NCBI RefSeq assembly: GCF_006345805.1
Contig: NC_042999.1
Location: 40,982,001-41,046,000 of the forward strand
Source of the DNA: Octopus sinensis
Taxonomy: Eukaryota
Direction of reading: 5' to 3'
DNA: 64,000 nucleotides
Notes under the pieces: model-generated
The model's input: only the letters and a program-made list of their open reading frames with translations
Databases searched by the model: none
What the model was told of the DNA's origin: nothing
Made by a program: the position numbers and the translations under genes
In this document: piece by piece, positions 25,816 through 38,023 of the stretch
Numbering within the stretch: position 1 is the stretch's first letter
How the letters are laid out: every line of letters begins with the position of its first letter

Positions 25816-26352
25816 CGCCCGCGCATGTGTACACGGACATGTCAAAAGTAAATAGACACCATTTTTGAAAGATTTCTTTCTCGACACATTTATATACTTA
25901 ATCTTGTACTATTTAGATTCCATTGTGTAGTTTTTAATGATTTTAACCCGATTGCGCATCGTACAAGTGGTTAGTGTCCGCACAGATAACACGGTAAAAT
26001 GGTGTTATTTACTTTTGAGATGTACCTGCATGCGTGTGTCTATGTATGTATGTTTGAATGTATGTATGTATGACTCCATGCATGTATTTCCTGGAACAGA
26101 CCTATGCTTCTGATAGTCAATACGTAATATGTACATAATGTTACCTTCGTAAGCACGCTACAAAAAGGAAACTATTTCAAATATATTCATTGAAGCTACT
26201 TCATAAGTAACATGCAACACTTTCATTCTATAGATGAACAAAGCCACAATGTGGTAAAATTCGAAAACCGTTTGGTTTGACGTAAATAATTTAGCAGACA
26301 ACCCTTTACAAATTAGACTTAATATTTAAAAGACGCGATAGGGGTTATGTAA

Positions 26353-26735
26353 TTTCTCTCTATATAAACGGCAGTTTGTCTGTGTGGTTGTCTGTGTGTC
26401 TGTTAGGTTGTACCCTCACCCTGACCACGGCTTTCAACCGATCCTGATGAAACTTGACACACACATAGCCCAATGTCATAATTCAAAACTAAAGCAGCGA
26501 AAATTTTGAAAAGTTCCCCCAGTTCTGAAAAAAATCGATAAATTCGACATGGGGTCGAGAATGAGAAACACAAACCACAGACTGTCTAGGGGACGCAACT
26601 CGACCTTTTTAACTAAAAAAAAAAATTTACCATCATTTTTTCCCATTTTTTTGCTATATTTTGGCTATAACTATCTAAAAATGCTTTATAGTTATTTCCC
26701 TTACAAACCCGAGCAACGCCGGGCGATACTGCTAG
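26353..26735 (+). mobile_element. Non-autonomous Helitron, ~380 bp, third body type
   Basis: 5' (T)TCTCTCTATATAAA, last ~60 bp shared with 22589-23092, CTAG|T end. Confidence 0.88.
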
Positions 26736-26881
26736 TAGGAAATAATTCTTAAATGCGAGAGTGTAATTTCGTGTCAGTTTTACGTGATAGCTCTGTCGAG
26801 ATAGATAAATTTAGATGAAATAAAAATGTAAACGGAACAGTAACTGAGATTCAGACGAGGTATACACACCAAAAATTAATA

Positions 26882-28423
26882 TAGTACACTGTACTACACA
26901 GAATATTTACAAATTTTAGCCGGCACATTGTCTGTATGAAGAAACTATATGTTGACGCCGAAAGAGCAATCTGTCAGACTTGTTTCGATCTCTCATACAG
27001 CGTATCAACAGCATTATCGACTCTGTAATCCCAGAGTTTTTTTTTTTGTTGACGCCCTGCTCGATTTGAGGACAGTGAATTTAAATGTCATCTCGTCAAG
27101 TGGGCTACACTTTTTATATTCTACATAGCTTTTGCTTTCGTTCCTCGACATTCTATATTCCCTCTCCCTTTTTTCCCCTCATTTTTCATTAGTTTTCGTC
27201 TGCTCCCTACCTTTGCAAGTGAATGAAGACTCACCATGTGGAGATCCTGGGACCATGAAGGAAGTGATGCCCTCTAAGAATTAATAGAGTACACTATACT
27301 ACATAGATTTTAGCCGACACATTGTCTTTACGAAGAAACTATATGTTGACGGTTAAAGAGCAATCTGTCAGACTTGTTTCAAATTTGTATTAGGATTTTA
27401 CGAACACAGCATTCTCTTGGACTGCCAGTATAGATACTATTTACAAAACTACAATTGCAAAACGTTTGCAGATATACAAAACGAAGTTATGCAACATGGT
27501 TTAAGGAATATAGATATATACAATATATATGAGGATATAGTGATATATCTAGGGATATATTAGATATTTCAGGTATATTGATTTCAAATTTTGGCACATG
27601 GCCAACAGTTTCGGTGGGAAAGTCGATTACTTCGATTCCGATGCTCAACTGGTATTTATTTTATCGACCCCAAAAGGATGAAAGGTAAAGTCGACATCCA
27701 CTGAATTTGAAATTAGAACGTGGAGACGGACGAAATGCCATAAGATTTTTGCCCTGTTCGCTGCCTTCATATTTGATGTTTATTAAATACAGATCAGATA
27801 AATACTTATTTAAAAACACAACTAAACAAACAGCGAGCAATACATCCACTCAGCGGCGGTAATCCACTGGCTAATCGAATTAGAGCAGTCACACTCTCAC
27901 AGTTTGTTATTCGTTGTATTGAAATTGGGTGCAGCCAAGGAGCCCGTGAGCATCCTTTTCTTTTCATTTATTTAAAACTTTTGCGAGTGATATTTCTGAT
28001 AAAATTTATTCAGCATTCTCTGGGCATCGGTATTTTATAGTGTGACACATCATTGATATGGTCTTCACCAATTTTTAACCGTTCCCCTGTTTCTTGTAAA
28101 TCCGCCGTAAATCATCAACTTTACGGCATGTCAACAGCATTATCAACTCTGTGAAGGCTGAGCTTTTTGATATCATTGACACTTTGCTCAATCTCAGGAT
28201 GGCCAGCTTAATGTTATCTCAAGTGGGCTACACTTCTCGTGTTCTTAATAGTTTTATCTTTTATTCCTTTCCTCGACCCCCTATATTATCTCTCTCTCTC
28301 TCTCGTTTTTAAAACTTTTTCCCTCATCTTTCTTTAGTGTTTGTCTTCCCCCTACCTTTGCAAGTCAATGAAGACTCGCCGTGTGGAGCTTCTGGGATCG
28401 TGAAGGAAGTGATGTTCTCTAAA
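26882..28423 (+). repeat. Interleaved diverged duplications X-Y-X'...Y'
   Basis: X 26882-26986 matches 27288-27380; Y 27005-27280 matches 28131-28423 (e.g. ccctacctttgcaagt(g/c)aatgaagactc). Confidence 0.8.
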
Positions 28424-28501
28424 AAAACTTTTGGAACTCACAGGTCAATTCCTTTTGTTGTTGCTACTTTAACTGGAAAGGGCAGCAGTAGAACTAGTGC
28501 A

Positions 28502-28580
28502 AAAAATTCATCTATTGCACTTGTGGGAAAGGTTTCCTCAGAACAGAAACCTTTCCCACAAGTGTAACAGACGAGATTAT
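28502..28580 (+). ncRNA. Candidate pri-miRNA-like hairpin
   Basis: Perfect 19-bp stem (28518-28536 with 28546-28564), 9-nt loop, imperfect lower stem extending to about 28502/28580. Confidence 0.35.
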
Positions 28581-28721
28581 AGCAGTAATCGAACAGCTAG
28601 TGAAGTGCTCTTCTCCGCAGCTAATAAGAATGCTTGCAATTTGAACTTCGTTAATGCTGGGATAAGGTATTTTCTTACTTCTTTCCTAATTATTCGATAG
28701 AGTACCTATGTGTAGATGTGA

Positions 28722-29000
28722 GGAGGCGCATGGCTTAGTGGCTAGGGTATTCGGCTCATAATCACAAGGTCGTGTGTTCGATTCCCGGTGGTGCGTTGTG
28801 AAAAGATACTTAGCAGCATTTCTTCTGGCTTTACGTTCTGAGGTCAAATTCCGCCGAGGTCACCTTTGCCTTTCATCCTTTCGACGTCGATAAAATAAGT
28901 ACCAGTTGCACTCTGAGGTCAGTGTAATCGTCTAGCCCACTCTCACAAAATTTCAGACCTTCTACTTATAGTAGAAAGAGGCATTACTATAATTATATTT
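28722..29000 (+). mobile_element. SINE family D head followed by a family C copy
   Basis: gaggcgcatggcttagtgg...gttcgattccc (28722-28800), then C body and short tail to about 29000. Confidence 0.75.
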
Positions 29001-29019
29001 TTTGTTATCAGTTAAAGTA

Positions 29020-29489
29020 CAGTTACTTCCCTGTTTAAGTGCGCATCCCAGATAAGTACGCGCGAAATCCTCAAGAATCCCAGGTTCAAGTTTATCAGTA
29101 TTTTAACTTCCTGAGACATCAAATCACAACGTTTTGCATCGCTTCCCGGTTCTCCAATATCTTTCGGATAGTACCTTCATTCACTTCATATTCTCGTGCA
29201 AGAGCTTGCTTACTCGGATGATTCGGCTTGTTCACCTTAACAATGATATCCGATCTCTGGGATTCATTCAAACGCTTCCCCTTTCTTTTGCTTGACATTA
29301 TGGAGAAAACTGACAGCAAAGACGACAAATATGATCTAAAACCGTGTACATACGTGAGCCTTGCTGGGATTAACTGCGCGCATACATTCGTGCTACTGAT
29401 TGGCTACGCCTGTTGATATGTATGCACCTACCGGATAAGTACACATAAGCGATTCGGTTCAAGCTGCGTACTCAAGAGGGAGATTGCTG
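29020..29489 (-). mobile_element. pogo/Tigger-type internal-deletion derivative, 470 bp
   Basis: TA|CAGTTACTTCCCTG at left, degenerate ...gggagattgCTG|TA at right, CENP-B-type HTH ORF inside. Confidence 0.75.
29119..29298 (-). pseudogene. Truncated pogo/Tigger transposase N-terminus (CENP-B-type HTH)
   Basis: MSSKRKGKRLNESQRSDIIVKVNKPNHPSKQALAREYEVNEGTIRKILENREA fits the psq/CENP-B HTH pattern; catalytic domain deleted. Confidence 0.8.
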
Positions 29490-29887
29490 TACTGAGATGA
29501 CATACAACGCTGGGATTTCCTATATAGCATCACGGACATCATCTAAACTTTAAAACTGCGTGCTTTATCCGTTTAGCTTTTTTCTTAATATTATGGTACA
29601 AATCAATTTAGTTGTAGTAAGTAGCTTAGTCCCAGGATAGTCATGAATAAGCGGATCTATGATCTCATTACGCTATTATTTCAGACATTTGTTGACATTT
29701 TAACGTTTAAGAATATAACAAAATAAAAGCAAGCTCATTTTACTTGTTAGTAATACGATTGCAGGTGTTTTATTTTTCAGATAATTTATTCTGTCTAAAA
29801 CCATGTGTCTTTACATCTTTGTAGTTGCTACATAACGTCTCTCAAATATATTTCCTTTCGCACTGAGAACTATCAAGAATGTTGTAC

Positions 29888-29919
<32 letters not shown>

Positions 29920-29943
29920 ATATATGTATTTATGCACTTACGT

Positions 29944-30179
29944 TACCTATTTCTTTATTACCCACAAGGGGCTAAACACAGAGGGGACAAACAAGGACAG
30001 ACATAGGTATTAAGTCGATTACATCGAGCCCAGTGCGTAACTGGTACTTAATTTATCGACCCCGAAAGGATGAAAGGCAAAGTCGACCTCGGCGGAATTT
30101 GAACTCACAACGTAACGCAGACGAAATACCGCGAAGCATTTCCCTCAGCGTGCTAACGCTTCAGCCAACTCGCCGCCTT
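29944..30179 (-). mobile_element. SINE family C2
   Basis: Full head, core and long tail. Confidence 0.9.
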
Positions 30180-30343
30180 ACCGTTTAACAATTCTACTCA
30201 CAAGGCGTTGGTTGACCCGGCTATACCAGTAAACACTTTCTAAGTGTGATTGAACCGAAGTCCACGTGGTTGTAAAGTAAGTTTTTCATCCACGTAGCTA
30301 CGCTAACACACGCGCGCACACACATACACACATGTATATTTGT

Positions 30344-30590
30344 GTAGAGGCGCATGATGTAGGGGTTAGGGTGATCGTAAGATTGTGGTTTCGATTCCTG
30401 GGCTGGGCTGGGTGATGCGTTGTTTTCTTGAGCAAAACACTTCATTTCACATTGCTCCAGTCCACTCAGCTGGTAAAAATGAGTAATCCTGTGGTGGGCT
30501 AGCGTCCCATCCAGGGAGGAATGTATACACAGAGAAACCAGGAAACAGCCCTACACTCCTTACATAGTAGTGTGGGCTAACGAGGGCTAA
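30344..30590 (+). mobile_element. SINE family D, diverged
   Basis: gaggcgcatg head, ggtttcgattcct, ttgagcaaaacacttcatttcac body. Confidence 0.75.
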
Positions 30591-30987
30591 TGAGATGTGT
30601 GTGTGTGTGTATGTGTGTGTGTGAGTGTGTGTGTGTGTGAGTGTGTGTGTGAGTGTGTTTGTGTGTTTGCGTGTTTGTGCGTGTGTGTGTGAGTGTGTGT
30701 GTGTTTGTGCGTGAGTGTGTGTTTGTGTGTGTGTGTGTTGGATACGTTTTTGTGTTTTTTCTCACCGTTTGAAAACCAATTTTGGTATTTTAATATCAGA
30801 AACATAACGGTTCGTCAAAGAAATACTGCGATAGAATAAGTACCAACGTCTGAAATACTGAGGTCAGTTTGATTGACCAAAACCTTTCATAGGGATTCCC
30901 CCATATGACAACTGTGATTAAAACAAAAAGATTAAAACAAAAAGAACATTGAAAATAATCTGAGTCGTCAAAATACTATTTAGTTGA

Positions 30988-31175
30988 TTAGCATTTAAAG
31001 CAGTCATATCCAACCGATGTATTCTACCTGTTTTATGTTCAAACTGGCCGTATCCAGCCTCTTGCACCTACCTTACAATGTCATACTAAAAATAAACAAT
31101 CACATCATCGATACCTCGAAGCAATCTGAATAAATAAGTCATGCGTTTGACAGAGAAATCTGAATGTCAAAGGGG
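30988..31175. mobile_element. Possible piggyBac-type MITE remnant
   Basis: Right end tgaatgtcaaaGGGG|TAA and left ttagcattta resemble CCC...GGG/TTAA termini; left end is eroded. Confidence 0.35.
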
Positions 31176-32040
31176 TAAAACCCTATTAAAACTGCAGATT
31201 ATAATTCGCTTCAATACGCTGTGCTACCATGGATTAATTGTGTCCAGAAATTTTATTCACAAATTTGAAACATATTACTAATTAGACCTATGTGATATTC
31301 ATCCCGTACAACTGGTATGTTCGTCAAAATATTACTAAAACATCGATTTATAAAGCAGATTATACGCAAACGTCTTGAAAGGTAATGAAGGATGATCAAT
31401 CTGAAGCATGTACTCAAGGCCACAGTATTGTGTACTGTTTATTATAAGCAACATTCGTTTCTTACGCCATTGTGTTCTGGTTTAGTTCAAGTGCATACAG
31501 CCAACAACTCAACAGAGTTAACAATGAAAATATAGTCTAGAGCTTCTCTATACCAAGAATAGTAGTAATTGTTCGCATTCATGGAATCATAGATACATAT
31601 TCATTTGTGTGTATATATATATATATATATAATTTAATATCATTTAAGTAATAACCTTATAGTGTACTTTACTAAGCGCTTCTGCAGGCATTGGCTACCA
31701 TGTGATATCATAAGGTAGGAGTTTCCCTTTTACTGGACGTCCATTAATATCCTCAAAATCCGTACAAAAAATTTAAAATACAAGAAAATGAAATGAACAG
31801 GCTTTAATCCAAATCACTACAGTTGCTTCTGTACATTAATATCAGCTGGTAATTGTTGAGCGTTTCACATATTATACACATTCCGAATATGATCTAACAA
31901 TAGCAGTATACCAGCACATTATCAGGTGAGTGGGTTCAAGAGCACCACTACTACATATATACATAATCATAAAACATGTACTTTTATTCAACGGAACAAA
32001 TAAACTTTGAAGAAAGATTTTGATAACATTTTTATAATGA

Positions 32041-32500
32041 GGCGGATATGGAATTTGAACTCAGAAGCGATGGGCAAAATACCTATGTCTTTATTACCCA
32101 CAAGGGGCTAAACATAGAGGGGATAAACGTGGACAGACATAGGTATTAAGTTTATTATATCGACTCCGGTGCTTAACTGGTACTTAATTTATCGATCCCG
32201 AAAGGATAAAAGGCAAAATCGACCTCGGCGGAATTTGAACTCACAACGTAACGGCAGCCGAAATACCTGTCTCTTTACTACCCACAAGGGGCTAAACGCA
32301 GAAGGAACAAACAAGGACAGACAAACGGATTAAGTCGATTATATCGACACCAGTGTGTAACTGGTACTTATTTAATCGACCCCGAAAGGATGAAAGGCAA
32401 AGTCGACCTCGGCGGAATTTTAACTCACAACGTAACGGCAGCCGAAATACCGCTAAGCATTTCGCCCGACGTGCTAACGATTCTGCCAGCTCGTCGCCTT
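32041..32500 (-). mobile_element. SINE family C2: one head plus tandem ~184-bp units
   Basis: Junctions at aatacc (about 32083 and 32267) repeat the head-internal aaatacc at 32445-32451. Confidence 0.88.
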
Positions 32501-32905
32501 ACAATTTGGCAATGATAAGACACATAATAACCTTCAAAGTTAATAATTTTTAAAACTATAACACTCTTTCTCCATTTCTCATATAATATTTCTGCTGAAC
32601 AGAGCCTACAAATTGTTTCACAATTTCAGATAATTATCTTCTGACCATTTTCTTTTGAATGCAAAACAGCTGTTTACAAAGGCTTCTTCCTGGCGTACTC
32701 TTTCACCATGCCCGGTGGTGTGTGCGTTTCCCGCGTAAAGAATGTAGAAGAAAATAGCTGGACAACTTAGACATATATTATTTGGTATAATTTAATTTTA
32801 ATTTAAAGAGTCCAAATTACGCCTTCGTCAACTTTACGTCTCATCCTTCCGTGGTTGATAAAATAACGTACAAGCCAAGTACTACATTCGATATAATCAA
32901 CTCTT

Positions 32906-33227
32906 TTGTTTATTATTTATGCGCCCTTTTCAAGCCTAGCCAGGCTCAAGGGCCCGATTTCTCGGTTTCTATGGGGTACGTGTCCCCCTACCCCAGCTGG
33001 ACGGGACACCAGTCCATTGCAGCATTACTCAAGAAACAGGAAGAGAGAGTTAGAGAAAGTTGGGACGAAAGAGTACAACAGGGGTCACCACCACCCCTTG
33101 CCGGAGCCTCGTGGAGCTTTAGGTGTTTTCGCTCAATAAACACACACAACGCCAGGTCTGGGAATCGAAACCGCGATCCTCCGACCGCGAGTTCGCTGCC
33201 CTAACCACTGGGCCATTGCGCCTCCAC
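32906..33227 (-). mobile_element. SINE family A, tail type 2
   Basis: 11-bp TSD with one mismatch: aatcaactctt (32895-32905) and aatcaattctt (33228-33238). Confidence 0.92.
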
Positions 33228-33403
33228 AATCAATTCTTACCACCTACCAAATTTCAAGCCTTGTAACTTTGTAAGGAATGTATTTCATTTTATTATATGA
33301 TACGTTTTAATGAAATAGGTTTGCCTGGCTCTCTCAAACAAGTAACTCACTTCTAAACCCAATTTCAGAAAGCACTCTAAGTGTTTAAGTAAAAACTCTT
33401 GAC

Positions 33404-34069
33404 CAGTGGTGGCTCGTGTATAGGAACTGCTGCGCTCCCTATACCCACTCGATATTATCGATAACATTCAATATGAGTCCTTTTCTCTTTAATTCCTTCT
33501 TTATACTTGTACATTATATAATCCTTAAGCTTAGTGTCAGTAGCCATCTCCTAATCTATGAAAAATATACAAAAATTTTGGTATAGAATTGCGCTTCACA
33601 GTTCCAGCGACGCGTGCTTCGCTGTTGCGCGCATGCTTAAAAGTCCGAGATAGGAAGCTTCACACTAGGGAGAAAGAGCACTGCGTGAACGATAGTGCCG
33701 TGTGAAAGGTAGTGTCTTTTTGACTCCGCGTGTGTTGTGCTTAAAAACGTGTTTATATTCATGAATGTGATAAAGTGTAGAATTAGATTATTATCCTGCT
33801 TCCAGCTTCAGTGTTGCTGTCAGGATTTGAAAAAGTATACTCCCACCTATTTTGTGATTTGGTGGAGGTGGGGGAACAAGGCAGAATTCGCGGGGGTGTT
33901 CAGTGAACAAATCAAACATACTACTCGGCAGTGGCTAAAAGGCGAACCAATGAAGTTTATGTATAAATTTTCTTTTTATATGTTTAGTTCCTTTTACACA
34001 ATAATAAAACAACGGCTATAAATTTTCTGAAGCAGTACCCCCACTAATTTTATCTGCGAGCCGCCGCTG
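33404..34069. mobile_element. Non-autonomous hAT element, 666 bp
   Basis: TIRs CAGTGGTGGCTCG and (reverse complement) CAGCGGCGGCTCG; perfect 8-bp TSD CTCTTGAC at 33396-33403 and 34070-34077. Confidence 0.92.
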
Positions 34070-35370
34070 CTCTTGACTGTGAAATGTCTTTGTTTATAAA
34101 TATTGCTGCAAACCCATGTATTTTCTAGTCGCACAGAGTGCCCTTAGTCCATTATGATTACATAAAATTTCCAGTGTTTTTATAACCCTGCAAATTCTCT
34201 TGAGAATCTTGGTTTGAGAACCCCTACCCTTAGAGTATAATATTTATCCGACTAATTTATCAATTATCACTACGGCTAACTAACTCTGATATTATTTCAA
34301 GTTAACCAACTTAACAACTGGCCACTCCCTTAGAAGAAATAACATGGTAAATGGAATTAAAATCTTGAACAAAATCCTTATTCCCTCTCCTTTTCTCTTT
34401 CACATCCCTACACACACACACACACACATAGTGATGATAATTTTCCTTTAGAAATTATTAATACGGTGATGCAAGAAAATAATATGTATGTAATGTCACA
34501 TCAAATTTACTTAGAGTATATTTTCAATTTTAGGAAAAGCTAATTAAGGAGCAATATATACTTCATTGAAAATAACTTCATTTTTTTTATTTACTTTGTC
34601 TCCTTATATAATATTAAGACGATACTCAAGCCATAGAATGCTCATATAGCATCATCACTTTATATGAAATGAAAGTTATTTGCCTTCATATTCGATAAGA
34701 TAAGATTCAAAGAAGCATTATCAGTTAAATTAAGTAAATAACGAAACACATTTGAGAGTATTGTGTCTGTTTGCTTATACGCAAGAAAGATTGTGAATCG
34801 GTAATGGTGGCAGTTTCTCAGAAAATACACATAGTTATTTGATAGGATGTGTATATTGCTTCCTTCTGTCTACACTAATGAAAACGTTCGTATCATTTTG
34901 TAAACATTTACACATATATATATATGCTCAGAAATATACCGATTGACACACACGAGTACAGACTTTAGACGTACATATGCAACAATACTTTGTTTATATA
35001 TACGCATACTCGCACAAAGCAACACCTAGACAGACACACGTATGAATGGAAAGGGACTCTATGGAAATGTGTATGTGTATTTATAGTGCAATGTCTGTTT
35101 GCAAATATATATATGTTTGGATGATTGTGTGCATGTGTGTGCGTATGTGTCTGCATGTATGATAATGACTGGGTAGGTGTCTGTCTGTTTAACAAGGAAG
35201 TAAGAAAGCAAGTTGGTAGGGTTTTTATGAAGTTTGTGGCTCAGATAGAAGGTAAAGCTAGTTACGTCGCTCAAGTAAGGGAACGTTTATAAGAACATCA
35301 CTATGTTTGTAATATATATATATATATAAATGCGGTTTTCGTTATTTGCTGCCTGCTATATAAAATATCT

Positions 35371-35621
35371 GTGGAGGCGTGTGGCTTAGTGCTAAGGGTG
35401 TCAGCACCATGATCGTAAGATTGTGGTTTCAATTCCTGGACCGGGTGACGCGTTGTGTTCTCGAGTAAAACATTTCATTTCACGTTGCTCTAGTCCACTC
35501 AGCTGGCAAAAATGAGTAACACTGTAATGGACTGGCGTCCCCTACAGCTGGGGAACACATACGCCATAGAAACCGGGAAACCGGACCCATGAACCTGGCT
35601 AGGCTTTAAAAAAAGGGCGTA
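35371..35621 (+). mobile_element. SINE family D, full length
   Basis: tRNA-like head; tail gatggactggcgtccc...ctggctaggcttt...aagggcg shared with family A tail type 2. Confidence 0.9.
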
Positions 35622-36038
35622 TTTATTTTATTGTTTTTTTTTTTTTAAATGTAAAATATCTACACTGGAACATGAATCCCGCTTTTGCTAGTTAGCATTT
35701 GTACTCACTTATTCCTACAAAGAGGTAAACTTCAACACTGAAATTTGATTAAAACAACGATAAATGTCGCTTGTTGCACTTTATAAGCCTTACATACTTT
35801 TTACTGTTAGGTTTACAGATCGTATTTATAAGATGCCTGTTAGAGGGTTGCGTTCTTGGTCCAAAAGTCCCAGCTCTTCCAGATTACCTTTTAAACATTT
35901 AGAACCAGGATAGAGCCACTGCAGCTTTCAAATTAGTTCGTAAATATTCTCCTTGTCGATGATTTTGAAAGAGATGTTCACACATGTACGTACGTATGTA
36001 TGTGTGTATGTATGTATGTATGTATGTATGTATGTATG

Positions 36039-36069
<31 letters not shown>

Positions 36070-36144
36070 GTATGTGTATGTGTGTGCATGCATGTCAATA
36101 TGTGTATGATTATATAGACTATCTTGGTGTATATATTCTTTTAT

Positions 36145-36340
36145 TCTTTTACTTGTTACAGTCATTTGACTGTGGCCATGCTGGAGCACCGCCTGTAGTC
36201 GAACAAATCGACCCCAGGTCTTAATATTTGTAAGCCTAATACATATTCTATCGGTCTTTTTTACCAAACCGCTAGGTTACGGGGACGTAAACTCACCATG
36301 ATCGGTTTTCAAGCGACAGTGGGGAACAAACACAGACACA
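36145..36340 (-). mobile_element. SINE family B, 3' half
   Basis: cagtcatttgactgtggccatgctggagcaccgcc and downstream body. Confidence 0.85.
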
Positions 36341-36401
36341 CATATAGATCGCTAGTCACTAAACCTTTTTGTATTTTTTCTCCCCGTTTATTTCTGTGTT
36401 C

Positions 36402-36437
36402 CTTTCTGTCAAAGAGCGTAGGCTCGAAACGTAAAAG
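36402..36437 (+). ncRNA. Minimal hammerhead scaffold with mutated core
   Basis: CTTT-CTGTCAA-A-GAGC-gtag-GCTC-GAAAC-GTA-AAAG: stems I and II perfect, GUA triplet; core reads CUGUCAA instead of CUGANGA. Confidence 0.55.
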
Positions 36438-36533
36438 ACTTTCTCATCTCCCAAGCGTTAAACTAAAACATCTGTTTGTTGTTTACACACCCGTCTTCGT
36501 CGTTTTGTTTTTTTTTGTAAATTCTTACTATAT

Positions 36534-36665
<132 letters not shown>

Positions 36666-37174
36666 CTATGTAAATGCAAGTTAACTATATAAAACAGGTT
36701 TACTGCTTTAGATGATCACCAAAATATGTCTTTCCTCATTAACTTTCAGATTTTAAATCCTGCCGAGATCAATTTTACATTTCTGTAAGATAAAATAATA
36801 CTCCCGTCCCATTCAGGGATCGACGAAATCGGTTAAACCTCTTTCCACAAAACTGTCGACATTTTGCTTAAATTAGAAATGATTTTTAAAATTATATATT
36901 AGAAAGTTCTTACTTTCGCTTTCGATACTTAATCATATAGCTAACGTAATCAGGGTACTTTGTAGCGGGTAATTTTCTCGATTCTTGAGAGTTTATTTGC
37001 TTTTTTAGTCCATGCATGATTCCGTTTATTATTGCAGACAAGTACCTGAAATCGTTCTGTTTCTCTGTTTAAATAGTTGCACATTAAGTTCGTTTGCCCG
37101 TTATTCTGATTGAATGGTAGGCTAATACTTGATAGGACTGAGAAGAAGAATGAAACAAGTAACTCCTCCCTAAA

Positions 37175-37217
<43 letters not shown>

Positions 37218-37529
37218 GTGATGCTGCTACTATTATTGCTGCTGCTGTTTTTGTGGTGATAATTGCAATGCTCATATAACTGTATAATTGCAGAAAGACG
37301 TTTAACAGATTTTCTTCACGCCGTTAACTTTGGCAAATTGTTTCGCCAACAGTAATTGCAAGAATATTGAATGAGGTGGGATTAGATTAGTTGTCATGGA
37401 TCGCGCAATATTTCGAAAACCCACCCATTCCTCAGAAATAATTTGCTGAATGGGAATACAAATAAAGAGACGCAGCTTTGATGGGATTTGAACTAGGGAT
37501 TAAACAAACAACTGCAAATAATTACAATG

Positions 37530-37735
37530 ATAATGGTAATGATTGTTCAAATTTTGTCACAAGCCTAGAAATTGTGGGAGAAGTGGGATTAGTGGATTAT
37601 ATCGACTACCTCCAGCACTTTATTTTAGCGACCCGCAGGGCAATGAAAATCAAAGATGACCTGAACAAGAGTTGAACACAGAGCATAAAAACTGACGTTT
37701 TGTACAACAGATAACGATTCTGCCAGCACACCGCC

Positions 37736-37770
<35 letters not shown>

Positions 37771-37989
37771 GATCCTTTCTACTAAAAGCACAACGCTTGA
37801 AATTTATGGCAGGAAGGGACTAGTCGATTACATCGAGCCCACTGTTTCACTGTACTTAATTTATCGATTCCGAAAGGATGAAAAGCAAAGTCGACCTCGG
37901 CGGGATTTGAAAACAAAGCGTAAAGACGGACGAAATAACGCTAAGCATTTTGCCCGGCGTGCTAACGATTCTGCCAGGTCACCGCCTTC

Positions 37990-38023
<34 letters not shown>

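Noticed and set aside
24959-25855. 298-aa ORF and the many other Y/I/M/C/V-rich ORFs
   Set aside because: Translations of (TA)n, (TATG)n and (CA)n repeats, which lack stops in some frames; no coding signal.
34211-34226. Lone hAT-like TIR ggtttgagaaccccta
   Set aside because: No partner TIR or TSD found, so no element boundaries can be called.
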